DNA of 32,000 nucleotides from Synechococcus elongatus PCC 6301 (GTDB taxonomy: Bacteria; Cyanobacteriota; Cyanobacteriia; Synechococcales; Synechococcaceae): NCBI RefSeq assembly GCF_000010065.1, contig NC_006576.1, positions 1,560,001 to 1,592,000 of the forward strand. The letters are read 5' to 3'. Made by a program: the position numbers and the translations under genes. Under the pieces are notes generated by a model. That model was not told the DNA's origin and made no database searches. It saw only the letters and a program-made list of their open reading frames with translations. Shown here in pieces: positions 1 through 8,277 of the stretch. Numbering within the stretch: position 1 is the first letter of the stretch; the number at the start of each line of letters is the position of its first letter.

Positions 1-36
1 GCCTGTTGGCGTCTGACTCTTGGGATAGAACGGCTG

Positions 37-582
37 ATGCCAACTGAGTTACGAGCAACGGCGATCGCAGGCGTGCTGGAACTCATTAGTCAGCCTTTTC
101 AGGATCATCGAGGTGCTTTTCTCAATGCTTTTCGGGAACAAGAGCCTGCGTTTGCAGAAGCTTGGGGAGACCGCAGGATTGCCCAAGTGAATCTGAGCCG
201 AACTGACAGAGTTGGAGCGATTCGGGGGCTACATTTGCAAGCAGCACCTCACAGTGAAGCAAAGCTCGTTCGTTGTCTACGAGGACGGGTGTGGGATGTT
301 GCAGTTGATCTGCGGCAGGATTCTGCAACCTATGGCCAATGGCAAGCAGTAGAACTATCTCCTGAGCAAGCTAATGCACTACTGATTCCTGAAGGCTGTG
401 CTCATGGTTTCCAGGTGCTCGAAGCCAATAGCGAATTACTCTATCTGCATTCTGGGACTTGGGTACCAGAAGCCGAGACGGGCATTCGTTGGGACGATCC
501 TCAACTGGCGATCGCTTGGCCGCTGCCGATGTCTGAACTAAGCGATCGCGATCGCGCTTTACCGTTTCTCTCGGGATTATGA
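37..582 (+). CDS. dTDP-4-dehydrorhamnose 3,5-epimerase family protein (RmlC-like cupin)
   Basis: 181 aa ORF with ATG; RmlC-like motifs (QVNLSRTDRVGAIRGLHLQ, SEAKLVRCLRGRVWDVAVDLR, YGQW, LLIPEGCAHGFQVLE). Confidence 0.88.
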   Translation: MPTELRATAIAGVLELISQPFQDHRGAFLNAFREQEPAFAEAWGDRRIAQVNLSRTDRVGAIRGLHLQAAPHSEAKLVRCLRGRVWDVAVDLRQDSATYGQWQAVELSPEQANALLIPEGCAHGFQVLEANSELLYLHSGTWVPEAETGIRWDDPQLAIAWPLPMSELSDRDRALPFLSGL

Positions 583-1811
583 GTCATTCCTGCCGCCACT
601 GTGGATCGCTCCTCCAGCAAGAGGTGATCGATCTGGGGCACCAACCACCCAGCAATGCTTACCTAACGGCAGAGCAGTTGTTGTTGCCCGAGCTGACCTA
701 TCCGCTCAAGGTCTATGTTTGTACGGACTGTTGGCTTGTACAGTTACCGGCGCATGCGGCGGCTGAGGAACTCTTTACAGCTGACTATGCCTATTTTTCG
801 AGTACGTCTGAGAGCTGGTGTGCCCATGCTCAGCGGTTTGTGGAGCAAGCAGTTGAGCAACTAGAGCTAGGACCCAAGAGTTTGGTAGTGGAGATAGCCA
901 GTAATGATGGCTACCTACTGCAGTATGTGCAGCAGCGGGGGATTCCTTGCTTGGGTATTGAACCAACGCAAGCAACTGCCAATGCTGCTCGCAATCGGGG
1001 GATTGAAACGATTGAGCGCTTCTTTGGAACAGCACTGGCCGAGGAACTCACTGCCGAAGGCGCTCCGGTGAGTGGCGGGGCCGATTTGGTAGTAGCTAAC
1101 AACGTCTTGGCGCATGTGCCCGACATTAATGACTTTATGGCGGGGATTGCAAAGCTGCTAAAACCTCAAGGCCGGGCTTCGCTGGAGTTTCCACACTTGC
1201 TGAGGCTGTTGGAAGGTAATCAGTTTGACACGATCTATCACGAGCATTACAGCTACCTAAGCCTAAAGGTTGTGCAGCAGATTGCTAATCTTGTAGGCCT
1301 AGTGATTGCAGATGTAGAGCAGCTAGCAACACATGGAGGGAGTTTACGAGTTTGGTTGGTCCATCAAGGAACCACAGAACCCAGCAGATCTGTTGAGGAA
1401 TTACTGGCAATTGAGGCAATAAGCCAGCTCGAGCAGATTGAGACCTATACTGATTTTCAGAAGCGGGCAGAGGCTGCAAAAGACGATTTGTTAGGTTTTT
1501 TACTACAGGAAAAGCAAAATGGAAAATTTGTTTTAGGCTATGGCGCTGCAGCTAAAGGAAATACCTTGCTGAACTATGCAGGAGTCAAAGTAGATTTACT
1601 ACCTGCTGTAGCGGATCGAGCGATGAGTAAGCAAGGAAAATTTCTACCAGGTAGCCATATTCCCGTCATCAGTCCAGAGGAACTTATCAAACAACAGGTT
1701 GATTGGCTGTTGGTATTGCCATGGAATCTTGTTCATGAAATTAGAAAACAGTTACCTGAATATCCATTGGTCACGGCAATTCCTGAATTAAAGACTTGGA
1801 GTTCTCAATAA
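579..1811 (+). CDS. class I SAM-dependent methyltransferase with N-terminal zinc-binding domain (sugar C-methyltransferase family)
   Basis: 410 aa; N-terminal Cys cluster CRHCGSLL...LGHQPPSNAYL...VCTDCWLVQL, SAM motif VEIASNDGYLLQY, C-terminal GYGAAAKGNTLLNY typical of the NDP-hexose C-methyltransferase family; overlaps upstream stop by 4 nt. Confidence 0.87.
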   Translation: MSHSCRHCGSLLQQEVIDLGHQPPSNAYLTAEQLLLPELTYPLKVYVCTDCWLVQLPAHAAAEELFTADYAYFSSTSESWCAHAQRFVEQAVEQLELGPKSLVVEIASNDGYLLQYVQQRGIPCLGIEPTQATANAARNRGIETIERFFGTALAEELTAEGAPVSGGADLVVANNVLAHVPDINDFMAGIAKLLKPQGRASLEFPHLLRLLEGNQFDTIYHEHYSYLSLKVVQQIANLVGLVIADVEQLATHGGSLRVWLVHQGTTEPSRSVEELLAIEAISQLEQIETYTDFQKRAEAAKDDLLGFLLQEKQNGKFVLGYGAAAKGNTLLNYAGVKVDLLPAVADRAMSKQGKFLPGSHIPVISPEELIKQQVDWLLVLPWNLVHEIRKQLPEYPLVTAIPELKTWSSQ

Positions 1812-1814
1812 TTT

Positions 1815-2942
1815 ATGGCTAAGCAATCCTATCGGAAAATTCCTTACACCAAGCCTTCAATTACTGAGCTGGAGATTCAATATGCAACTGATGCAGCCCG
1901 AAACGGCTGGGGTGAACATTGCTATGACTACATCATCCGCTTTGAAGAAGCATTTAAACAACACCTAGGTGTGCAATATGCCATTGCAACCAGTAGCTGT
2001 ACTGGTGCTTTGCACATGGGTATGCATGCTTTAGGGATTGGTCCTGGTGATGAGGTGATACTGGCCGATACGAATTGGATAGCTACTGCAGCTCCAATTA
2101 TTCATCTCGGGGCTATACCAGTCTTTGTGGATATTTTGCCGGATAGTTGGTGTTTAGATCCTGAGCAAGTTCAAGCTGCTATTACACCTAAGACAAAGGC
2201 AATCATAGCAGTGCATTTATATGGAAATCTTTGTGAGATGGATGCTTTGCTGGCAATCGGAGAGCGATACAGCATTCCTGTTATTGAAGATGCAGCCGAG
2301 GCAATTGGGTCGGTCTATCACGGTAAGCGGGCAGGTAGCATGGGTCGCTTCGGAGCATTCTCATCTCATGGTACCAAGACCATTACAACTGGTGAAGGCG
2401 GGATGTTTGTCACCAATGATCCGGAACTATATGAACATGTTCTAACGCTTTCTAATCATGGAAGAGCTCGCGGGCAGACTAAGCAATTTTGGCCTGACAT
2501 GGTCGGCTTTAAGTACAAAATGAGTAATATCCAAGCTGCAATTGGCTATGCTCAAATGCAACGCATCGAGATTCTTATACATATGAAACGTAAAATCTTT
2601 TCGATGTATCAGAACTATCTTAAGGATCTCCCAGTTCAAATGAATCATGAGCCTAGAGGCTGTACGAATGGGTACTGGATGCCAACATTTGTGGTTAACG
2701 AAAAAGTTTCTTTTAATCGCAATAAGTTGATTAGCAAGCTGAAATCAAATGGGGTGGATGCTAGGGTGTTTTTCTGGCCTCTTAGCTCAACATCAACCGG
2801 AGGCCGTAAAGCCTTAGATAAGCCTTACCTTTCAGAAAGCATTCATCTACATGCACTAAATCTTCCTTCTCACTACCAACTTAGCAATGAAGAAAGTATG
2901 TTTATTTGCACTCTTATAAAGAATACATCCTTTTCTGGGTAA
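1815..2942 (+). CDS. DegT/DnrJ/EryC1/StrS family PLP-dependent sugar aminotransferase (perosamine-synthase-like)
   Basis: 375 aa; ATSSCTGALHMGMHALGIGPGDEVI, VIEDAAEAIGS, PLP-lysine region SSHGTKTITTGEGGM, GFKYKMSNIQAAIG. Confidence 0.93.
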   Translation: MAKQSYRKIPYTKPSITELEIQYATDAARNGWGEHCYDYIIRFEEAFKQHLGVQYAIATSSCTGALHMGMHALGIGPGDEVILADTNWIATAAPIIHLGAIPVFVDILPDSWCLDPEQVQAAITPKTKAIIAVHLYGNLCEMDALLAIGERYSIPVIEDAAEAIGSVYHGKRAGSMGRFGAFSSHGTKTITTGEGGMFVTNDPELYEHVLTLSNHGRARGQTKQFWPDMVGFKYKMSNIQAAIGYAQMQRIEILIHMKRKIFSMYQNYLKDLPVQMNHEPRGCTNGYWMPTFVVNEKVSFNRNKLISKLKSNGVDARVFFWPLSSTSTGGRKALDKPYLSESIHLHALNLPSHYQLSNEESMFICTLIKNTSFSG

Positions 2943-2976
2943 TCTAGAGAATAGTTTACTGCATACTTGAAACAAA

Positions 2977-3660
2977 ATGAATACAAACTGCATTAGGAAT
3001 CTCATTCATGATCTCAAGTCAAGTGACCACACTAGCTTCTCGAAGATGAGAATACAAATACTCAATGATGATGGCGAAAGAGTTGGTTATCTTATACCAA
3101 TAAATAAGCATCTGGCAAGTAATCCTTTTGTCATACAGAAACTGACTAAGTGGCGAAAGATGTTTAAAAAATACTTTCTAACTCAATTCACACCTACAGA
3201 AAACAGAACAAAAAGCTGGCTAGAATCTGTAGTTCTACCAAGCGGCAACAGAGTATTGTTTTTGATATATACATCTAGTAATGACATCATAGGTAATTTC
3301 GGAATTTGCGATTTAAGCGAAGAAAAAGCAGAACTGGATAACTTAATTCGCGGAGAGAAAGGAGGCCACCCACAGCTAATTTACTTTGCTGAACTATCTC
3401 TCCTAAGATGGCTTTTTTATGACCTTTGTATTCCCAAGGTGTGCTTGCATGTTTTCTCGAATAACTACAAAACAATTTCACTCCATGAGAGTGTAGGTTT
3501 TCGCACAACTGCGAGTTATTCCCTAGCTAAAGAAGAGCATTTAGATGAAATCAAGTATACTCCTTGTGAGGTTTTTGATAGTAATTTTAGCGAGTTCTCC
3601 TACTTAGAGATGACCCTTATTGCTTCGGAGTTCAAAAAAATCCATGAGTGTTTAAGATAA
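2977..3660 (+). CDS. GNAT-like N-acetyltransferase
   Basis: 227 aa ORF; IIGNFGICDL and C-terminal VCLHVFSNNYKTISLHESVGF resembling the GNAT acetyl-CoA binding/terminal motif. Confidence 0.65.
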   Translation: MNTNCIRNLIHDLKSSDHTSFSKMRIQILNDDGERVGYLIPINKHLASNPFVIQKLTKWRKMFKKYFLTQFTPTENRTKSWLESVVLPSGNRVLFLIYTSSNDIIGNFGICDLSEEKAELDNLIRGEKGGHPQLIYFAELSLLRWLFYDLCIPKVCLHVFSNNYKTISLHESVGFRTTASYSLAKEEHLDEIKYTPCEVFDSNFSEFSYLEMTLIASEFKKIHECLR

Positions 3661-3692
3661 AGTGCTAATCGTTACAACCTCCCCATTACAGG

Positions 3693-4460
3693 ATGAAAAC
3701 TCCTCAAGAACTTGCATTTCAAGCTGAGAAGGCAACCTTAGTGGCACAGCAGGGCGAGAACCAAAAAGCTCGTGAGCTCGCCTTAGAATTTCTAAATGAA
3801 ACTGGAAATACAAAATATGCCTACCACTTTTCTTGGATAAACAGGCCAATAGTACAGCTACCTCAAGACATTGTCGCTTTTCAAGAAATTGTTTCCTCTG
3901 TTCAGCCAGACATTATCATCGAAACAGGGGTTGCCCATGGTGGCTCCCTCGCTTTGTCGGCTTCACTGCTATGCCTGCTAGATGTTATGGAAGGCTTAAA
4001 CCCGCGTCAGTCTAGCCGTAAAGTCATTGGTGTTGATATTGAGATTCGTCCCCACAATCGCAAGGCATTAGATGAGCATCCCTTACGATTCAAGATGGAG
4101 CTCATTGAAGGATCGTCGATCGATCCCAAAATTATTCAACAAGTAAAGAGTCATGTACAAAGCTCAGAACGGGTCTTAGTATCGCTCGACTCAAACCATA
4201 CTCATGAGCATGTGATGGCTGAGCTAAATGCCTACGCTAGTTTAGTCACTGCAGGTAGCTATTGTATCGTTTTTGATACTGTAATTGAAGATTTACCAGC
4301 AGGCTCTTTTCCCGACCGGGCTTGGGATGTAGGCAATAATCCTAAAACTGCTGTGCACGAATGGCTGAAGAGTCATCCTGAATTTGCGATCGATAAAGAT
4401 ATTGATAACAAACTACTGATCAGTGTTGCTCCAGATGGATATCTAAAACGGATTTTTTGA
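3693..4460 (+). CDS. cephalosporin hydroxylase / CmcI-like SAM-dependent methyltransferase family protein
   Basis: 255 aa; IIIETGVAHGGSLALSASLL, KVIGVDIEIRPHN, VLVSLDSNHTHEHVMAELNAYASLVTAGSYCIVFDT. Confidence 0.78.
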   Translation: MKTPQELAFQAEKATLVAQQGENQKARELALEFLNETGNTKYAYHFSWINRPIVQLPQDIVAFQEIVSSVQPDIIIETGVAHGGSLALSASLLCLLDVMEGLNPRQSSRKVIGVDIEIRPHNRKALDEHPLRFKMELIEGSSIDPKIIQQVKSHVQSSERVLVSLDSNHTHEHVMAELNAYASLVTAGSYCIVFDTVIEDLPAGSFPDRAWDVGNNPKTAVHEWLKSHPEFAIDKDIDNKLLISVAPDGYLKRIF

Positions 4461-4530
4461 ACGTATGTAAAATTTAAATTTCTTGAAATATTAACTGTTA
4501 AACTCCTACAAGAACAACGAATGCAGTTAA

Positions 4531-5679
4531 ATGACAAAATTTTCTATTATTATTCCCACACGAGAAAGGGTAGGAACCCTTCTCTATACTCTTCCTGCTT
4601 GCCTCAGAGTTGAGCGCGACGATATTGAGTTCGTCGTTTGTGATAACTATAGTCAAGATGGCACAGCAGATTATTTAAAGTCTATTCAAGACCATCGCGT
4701 CAGGATATATCGTACTAATCAACGACTTTCTATGAAAGATAACTTTGAGCATGGGCTTGCGCGTGCTCAAGGTGAATATATTTGTTTTATGGGCGATGAC
4801 GATCTAATTATCCCAAGTCTTTTTCCACTTGTCGAAAAAGAACTAGAAAATGTAGAAACTGTTTGCTGGAATCGCTGGGTTTATTATTGGCCTGACTCCT
4901 ATGAATCACCTAATATGCTGATAGTTAATAATAATAATTTTAGTGTTATCTTAAGCTCGTCAAGGGCTTTAGATTTTGCCCTGCGATACTTCTTAAACTA
5001 TCAGAACTTACCATCTCTCTACAACTCATTTACCCATCGAAAAATCGTTCAAAGAGTTATTAATTATAACTGTCTAAACTTAGAAACTGAAAAATTTTAT
5101 CCTCAAGATGCAATTTCTCCTGATGTATTTTCTGCTTTGCAAATACTCAAATTTACCAATAGTTTTGCTCATATAGGACTACCTTTAACAGTTTCAGGCA
5201 TATCTAGTTCAAGTAATGGAGCAGGAGTTAGGAATAACTCTGAGGAATCAAAAAAGTTCATTCAAGAGTTAAAAGTCGAGAAGCTTAGTGATTTATTGCA
5301 CGTTTCTTTGTCAGCATTATTAACCCAGAAGATATCATATTACATAACTAATTTAAGTGATTATATAAGCTTTATCATAAACTATATACCAGAAACCTTG
5401 CAAGAAGATATATTTCTTGATCTGATTGCATCTGGATGTAGAACATTATTTGATATCGGGGATATTGATGCCGATACAGCAACTCAGTTTATGGCTGGTT
5501 ATGATATTTCCCCGTGGGTGGTAAATGGGAGGCTCAACTTGATGGATCAGGGATTTTATACCTTGTTTAGAGTTCCTATGTTCAATAGAGTAGTTATTAA
5601 TGGTGATGAACATAGTCTTAGTAACTCTCTTAATGCATCAGTATTCTTAGATGATTATTTCAGCTCTTTAATATATTGA
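4531..5679 (+). CDS. family 2 glycosyltransferase
   Basis: 382 aa; FSIIIPTRERVGTLLYTLPACL, DIEFVVCDNYSQDGTADYL, GEYICFMGDDDLI (DxD-like). Confidence 0.88.
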   Translation: MTKFSIIIPTRERVGTLLYTLPACLRVERDDIEFVVCDNYSQDGTADYLKSIQDHRVRIYRTNQRLSMKDNFEHGLARAQGEYICFMGDDDLIIPSLFPLVEKELENVETVCWNRWVYYWPDSYESPNMLIVNNNNFSVILSSSRALDFALRYFLNYQNLPSLYNSFTHRKIVQRVINYNCLNLETEKFYPQDAISPDVFSALQILKFTNSFAHIGLPLTVSGISSSSNGAGVRNNSEESKKFIQELKVEKLSDLLHVSLSALLTQKISYYITNLSDYISFIINYIPETLQEDIFLDLIASGCRTLFDIGDIDADTATQFMAGYDISPWVVNGRLNLMDQGFYTLFRVPMFNRVVINGDEHSLSNSLNASVFLDDYFSSLIY

Positions 5680-5852
5680 ATAATTACCAACAGATTAGTT
5701 GGCACAAAATTCATCTTTTACTAATCTTTCATGGGTCGACATCATTAAATAAATGCATCAATTTTTAAGGTTATAGGGATTTTATTGTGGTTCGGTTGAA
5801 AGCATCTAATTGTGGAACAATATAAATAAATCTTTTTGGGAGTAGCTAAAAA

Positions 5853-6371
5853 ATGAGATTACATATTGGTGGAAGAGAAAAGCATCCGGATTGGAAAATT
5901 TTTGATGCTCTAGAACGACCAGAAGTTAACTTTGTTGGTAATGCAGCTGATTTAAGCCAGTTTGCAGATGACTCGATCGAAGCAATTTATGCAAGCCATG
6001 TGCTAGAGCATTTTCATCATTCACTAGGAAATGAGCTAGTTTCAGTCTTGCTAGAGTGGAGACGGGTCCTACTACCAAATGGAAAGCTATATATTAGCGT
6101 ACCAGATTTACAGACCTTAAGTTGGCTCTTTTTAAGCCCAATGGCCGGATTTCAGCACCGCCTACAGATTATGCGGATGATGTTTGGAGGACAGGTTGAT
6201 CAATATGATGTTCATAAAGTTGGGTTTGACTGCGAGATTCTATTTACATATCTGCAAGCAGCTAAGTTTTCGGACTATGAGCGAGTTGAGAACTTTGAAC
6301 TCTTCCAAGATTGTAGTAATTTAGTATTTTTGGGGTACCCAATTAGCCTTAACGTCGTTGCAGTTAAATGA
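5853..6371 (+). CDS. small class I SAM-dependent methyltransferase (Methyltransf_11-like)
   Basis: 172 aa; LHIGGREKHPDWKIFD, FADDSIEAIYASHVLEHFHHSLGNELVSVLLEWRRVLLPNGKLYISVPDL. Confidence 0.82.
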   Translation: MRLHIGGREKHPDWKIFDALERPEVNFVGNAADLSQFADDSIEAIYASHVLEHFHHSLGNELVSVLLEWRRVLLPNGKLYISVPDLQTLSWLFLSPMAGFQHRLQIMRMMFGGQVDQYDVHKVGFDCEILFTYLQAAKFSDYERVENFELFQDCSNLVFLGYPISLNVVAVK

Positions 6372-6375
6372 ATCT

Positions 6376-8277
6376 ATGAGTACTCAGGACAACAGTTTGG
6401 CAGAAAATTATTACCAACAAGCGATCGAGCAATGGAAGTCTAGAGATCAGAAACAAGCACTTCAATTTTTTAAAAAAGCAGTGAGAGCAAAGCCAAGTAA
6501 TGCTCATTATTGGTATGCACTGGCTGGAACATACCATATACAGAACAAGTTTCGTGCAGCTCGCTTTTGTTTTGAAAAGTCACTTAATTTAAATCCTAAT
6601 CAAGATGAAATCAAAATTTTTCTGTGCGAAATATGTTATTTACTAACAGATTATAAATCTGTCGCTTATTATGCTGGACAAGTAGATTTGAGTAAAATTC
6701 AAAATTTAGAGATCTTATATAAAGTTGCGTGCTCTTTTAAAGAACTTGGTCAGCTGGAGAAAACTGGTCAAGTCTGCTCTCAAATTTTGTCATTAGATGA
6801 TAACTTTTGGCAGGCAAAACTACTTGCTGCTGAGATACTAAGAATAAAGGGTTATTCAGGAGAAGCTAAAGTATTAGTTTTAGAATTAATAGACCAACAA
6901 CCTACCGTCGGTAAATTTTGGAATGAACTCGGTATTAATGAAGTTGATCTAGCTCATGAAGATGAAGCTTTATCCGCATTTTCTAAAGCTGAGCAATACG
7001 TATCTGGACCGGAGAAACTAATTATAGGAAGTAATTATTTATTTGAATTTTCTAGTGGGCTTAGAACAGCTAAAGATATTTTAGATGCACATTTACTTTG
7101 GAATAAAAAATATTGTAAAGATCAAGGTGGAAGTTTTCAATCAAGCAAGTTCAATTATTTAAAATCAAATGATAAAAAAAACATTGCCTATCTCTCGGGT
7201 GATTTTAAAACACATTCCGTAAGTTATTTCATTGAAGGAATTTTGGAGAATCACTCACGGGATGCGTTTAATATTATCTTGCTCTCGAATACTCAAGAGG
7301 ATGAAAAGACAAAAAAATTTAAGGAGTTAGCAGATATCTGGATTGACTTAAAGTTAACTAATTTTGAAACAGCTGCTCAGATTGTTAAAAGGCTAAATAT
7401 TGATATTCTTATTGAGCTTTCTGGACATACAAATGGTAACAAACTGAATCTTTTAAGTTCAAGACTAGCACCGGTTCAAGCTACTTATCTTGGCTACTTT
7501 GCTACAACAGGATTATCAACAATAGATTATTGGATAACAGACAATGTTGTTCACCCTGCTCACACTGTAGAGTTAGCAACAGAAACTATTTTTCGACTAC
7601 CACGGTGCTACTTGGCTTACACGCCACCACCTCAATCACCTAGTATCGCAGAGTCTCCAGTTATTAAAAATGGATATATTACATTTGGCTCTTTCGTTGC
7701 AAGTCGAAAGATTAGTGACTATTCAATCCTACTGTGGTCTTCTATCTTAAGTGAGATTCCGAATAGTCAGCTTTTAATTAAGAACCGAAGTTGCGTTAGC
7801 CCATTGTACCGCTCTGAGCTAATAGAAAAGTTTTCACTCTGTGGCATTAGTTCTCAGCGAATTAACTTCAACGAGGCTAAATTGAACTTAGAAGATCATC
7901 TTGCACTGTATAACAAGGTTGATATTGCACTTGATACCTATCCAGCGAGTGGCTGTACAACCACTGTCGAAGCACTCTGGATGGGTGTCCCAGTCTTAAC
8001 TCGCCTTGGTGAATTAATGGTTAGCCGTAATAGTGCTTCTTTGCTCCATGCACTCAATCTCCAAAATTGGATTGCAGAAACAGATGAAGAATACATTGAT
8101 AAGGGTATCAAATTTACTCAATCCATCGAACAGCTTGCCCTGTTAAGACAGGGTATGAGAGAGCGATTTATGCAGTCTGAACTCTATGATTCTAGGGGTC
8201 TCACCCTCCACCTAGAAGACTTTTATCTAAAAGCCTTACAGGAGAAGTTGAGCGCCAATAAAGAAGTTAGATTTTGA
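6376..8277 (+). CDS. TPR-containing O-GlcNAc-transferase-like (SPINDLY/OGT, GT41) glycosyltransferase
   Basis: ORF 6358..8277; the 6358 start is TTG inside the upstream gene, ATG at 6376 more likely. N-terminal TPRs (KKAVRAKPSNAHYWYALAGTYHIQNKFRAARFCFEKSLNLNPN) and GT41 core (IAYLSGDFKTHSVSYF, IDILIELSGHTNGNKLNLLSSRLAPVQATYLGYFATTG, DYWITDNVVHP, ITFGSFVASRKISD, LWMGVPVLTRLGELMVSRNSASLLHALNL). Confidence 0.9.
   Translation: MSTQDNSLAENYYQQAIEQWKSRDQKQALQFFKKAVRAKPSNAHYWYALAGTYHIQNKFRAARFCFEKSLNLNPNQDEIKIFLCEICYLLTDYKSVAYYAGQVDLSKIQNLEILYKVACSFKELGQLEKTGQVCSQILSLDDNFWQAKLLAAEILRIKGYSGEAKVLVLELIDQQPTVGKFWNELGINEVDLAHEDEALSAFSKAEQYVSGPEKLIIGSNYLFEFSSGLRTAKDILDAHLLWNKKYCKDQGGSFQSSKFNYLKSNDKKNIAYLSGDFKTHSVSYFIEGILENHSRDAFNIILLSNTQEDEKTKKFKELADIWIDLKLTNFETAAQIVKRLNIDILIELSGHTNGNKLNLLSSRLAPVQATYLGYFATTGLSTIDYWITDNVVHPAHTVELATETIFRLPRCYLAYTPPPQSPSIAESPVIKNGYITFGSFVASRKISDYSILLWSSILSEIPNSQLLIKNRSCVSPLYRSELIEKFSLCGISSQRINFNEAKLNLEDHLALYNKVDIALDTYPASGCTTTVEALWMGVPVLTRLGELMVSRNSASLLHALNLQNWIAETDEEYIDKGIKFTQSIEQLALLRQGMRERFMQSELYDSRGLTLHLEDFYLKALQEKLSANKEVRF

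Noticed and set aside
542-555. Overlapping GCGATCGCGATCGC as a specific regulatory site
   Set aside because: This is the genome-wide HIP1 motif, also occurring overlapped in the bioD region; informative as density, not as a local element.
6358-6375. TTG start (MQLNES) for the GT41-like gene
   Set aside because: ATG at 6376 just after the upstream stop is more likely; the TTG is inside the preceding gene.
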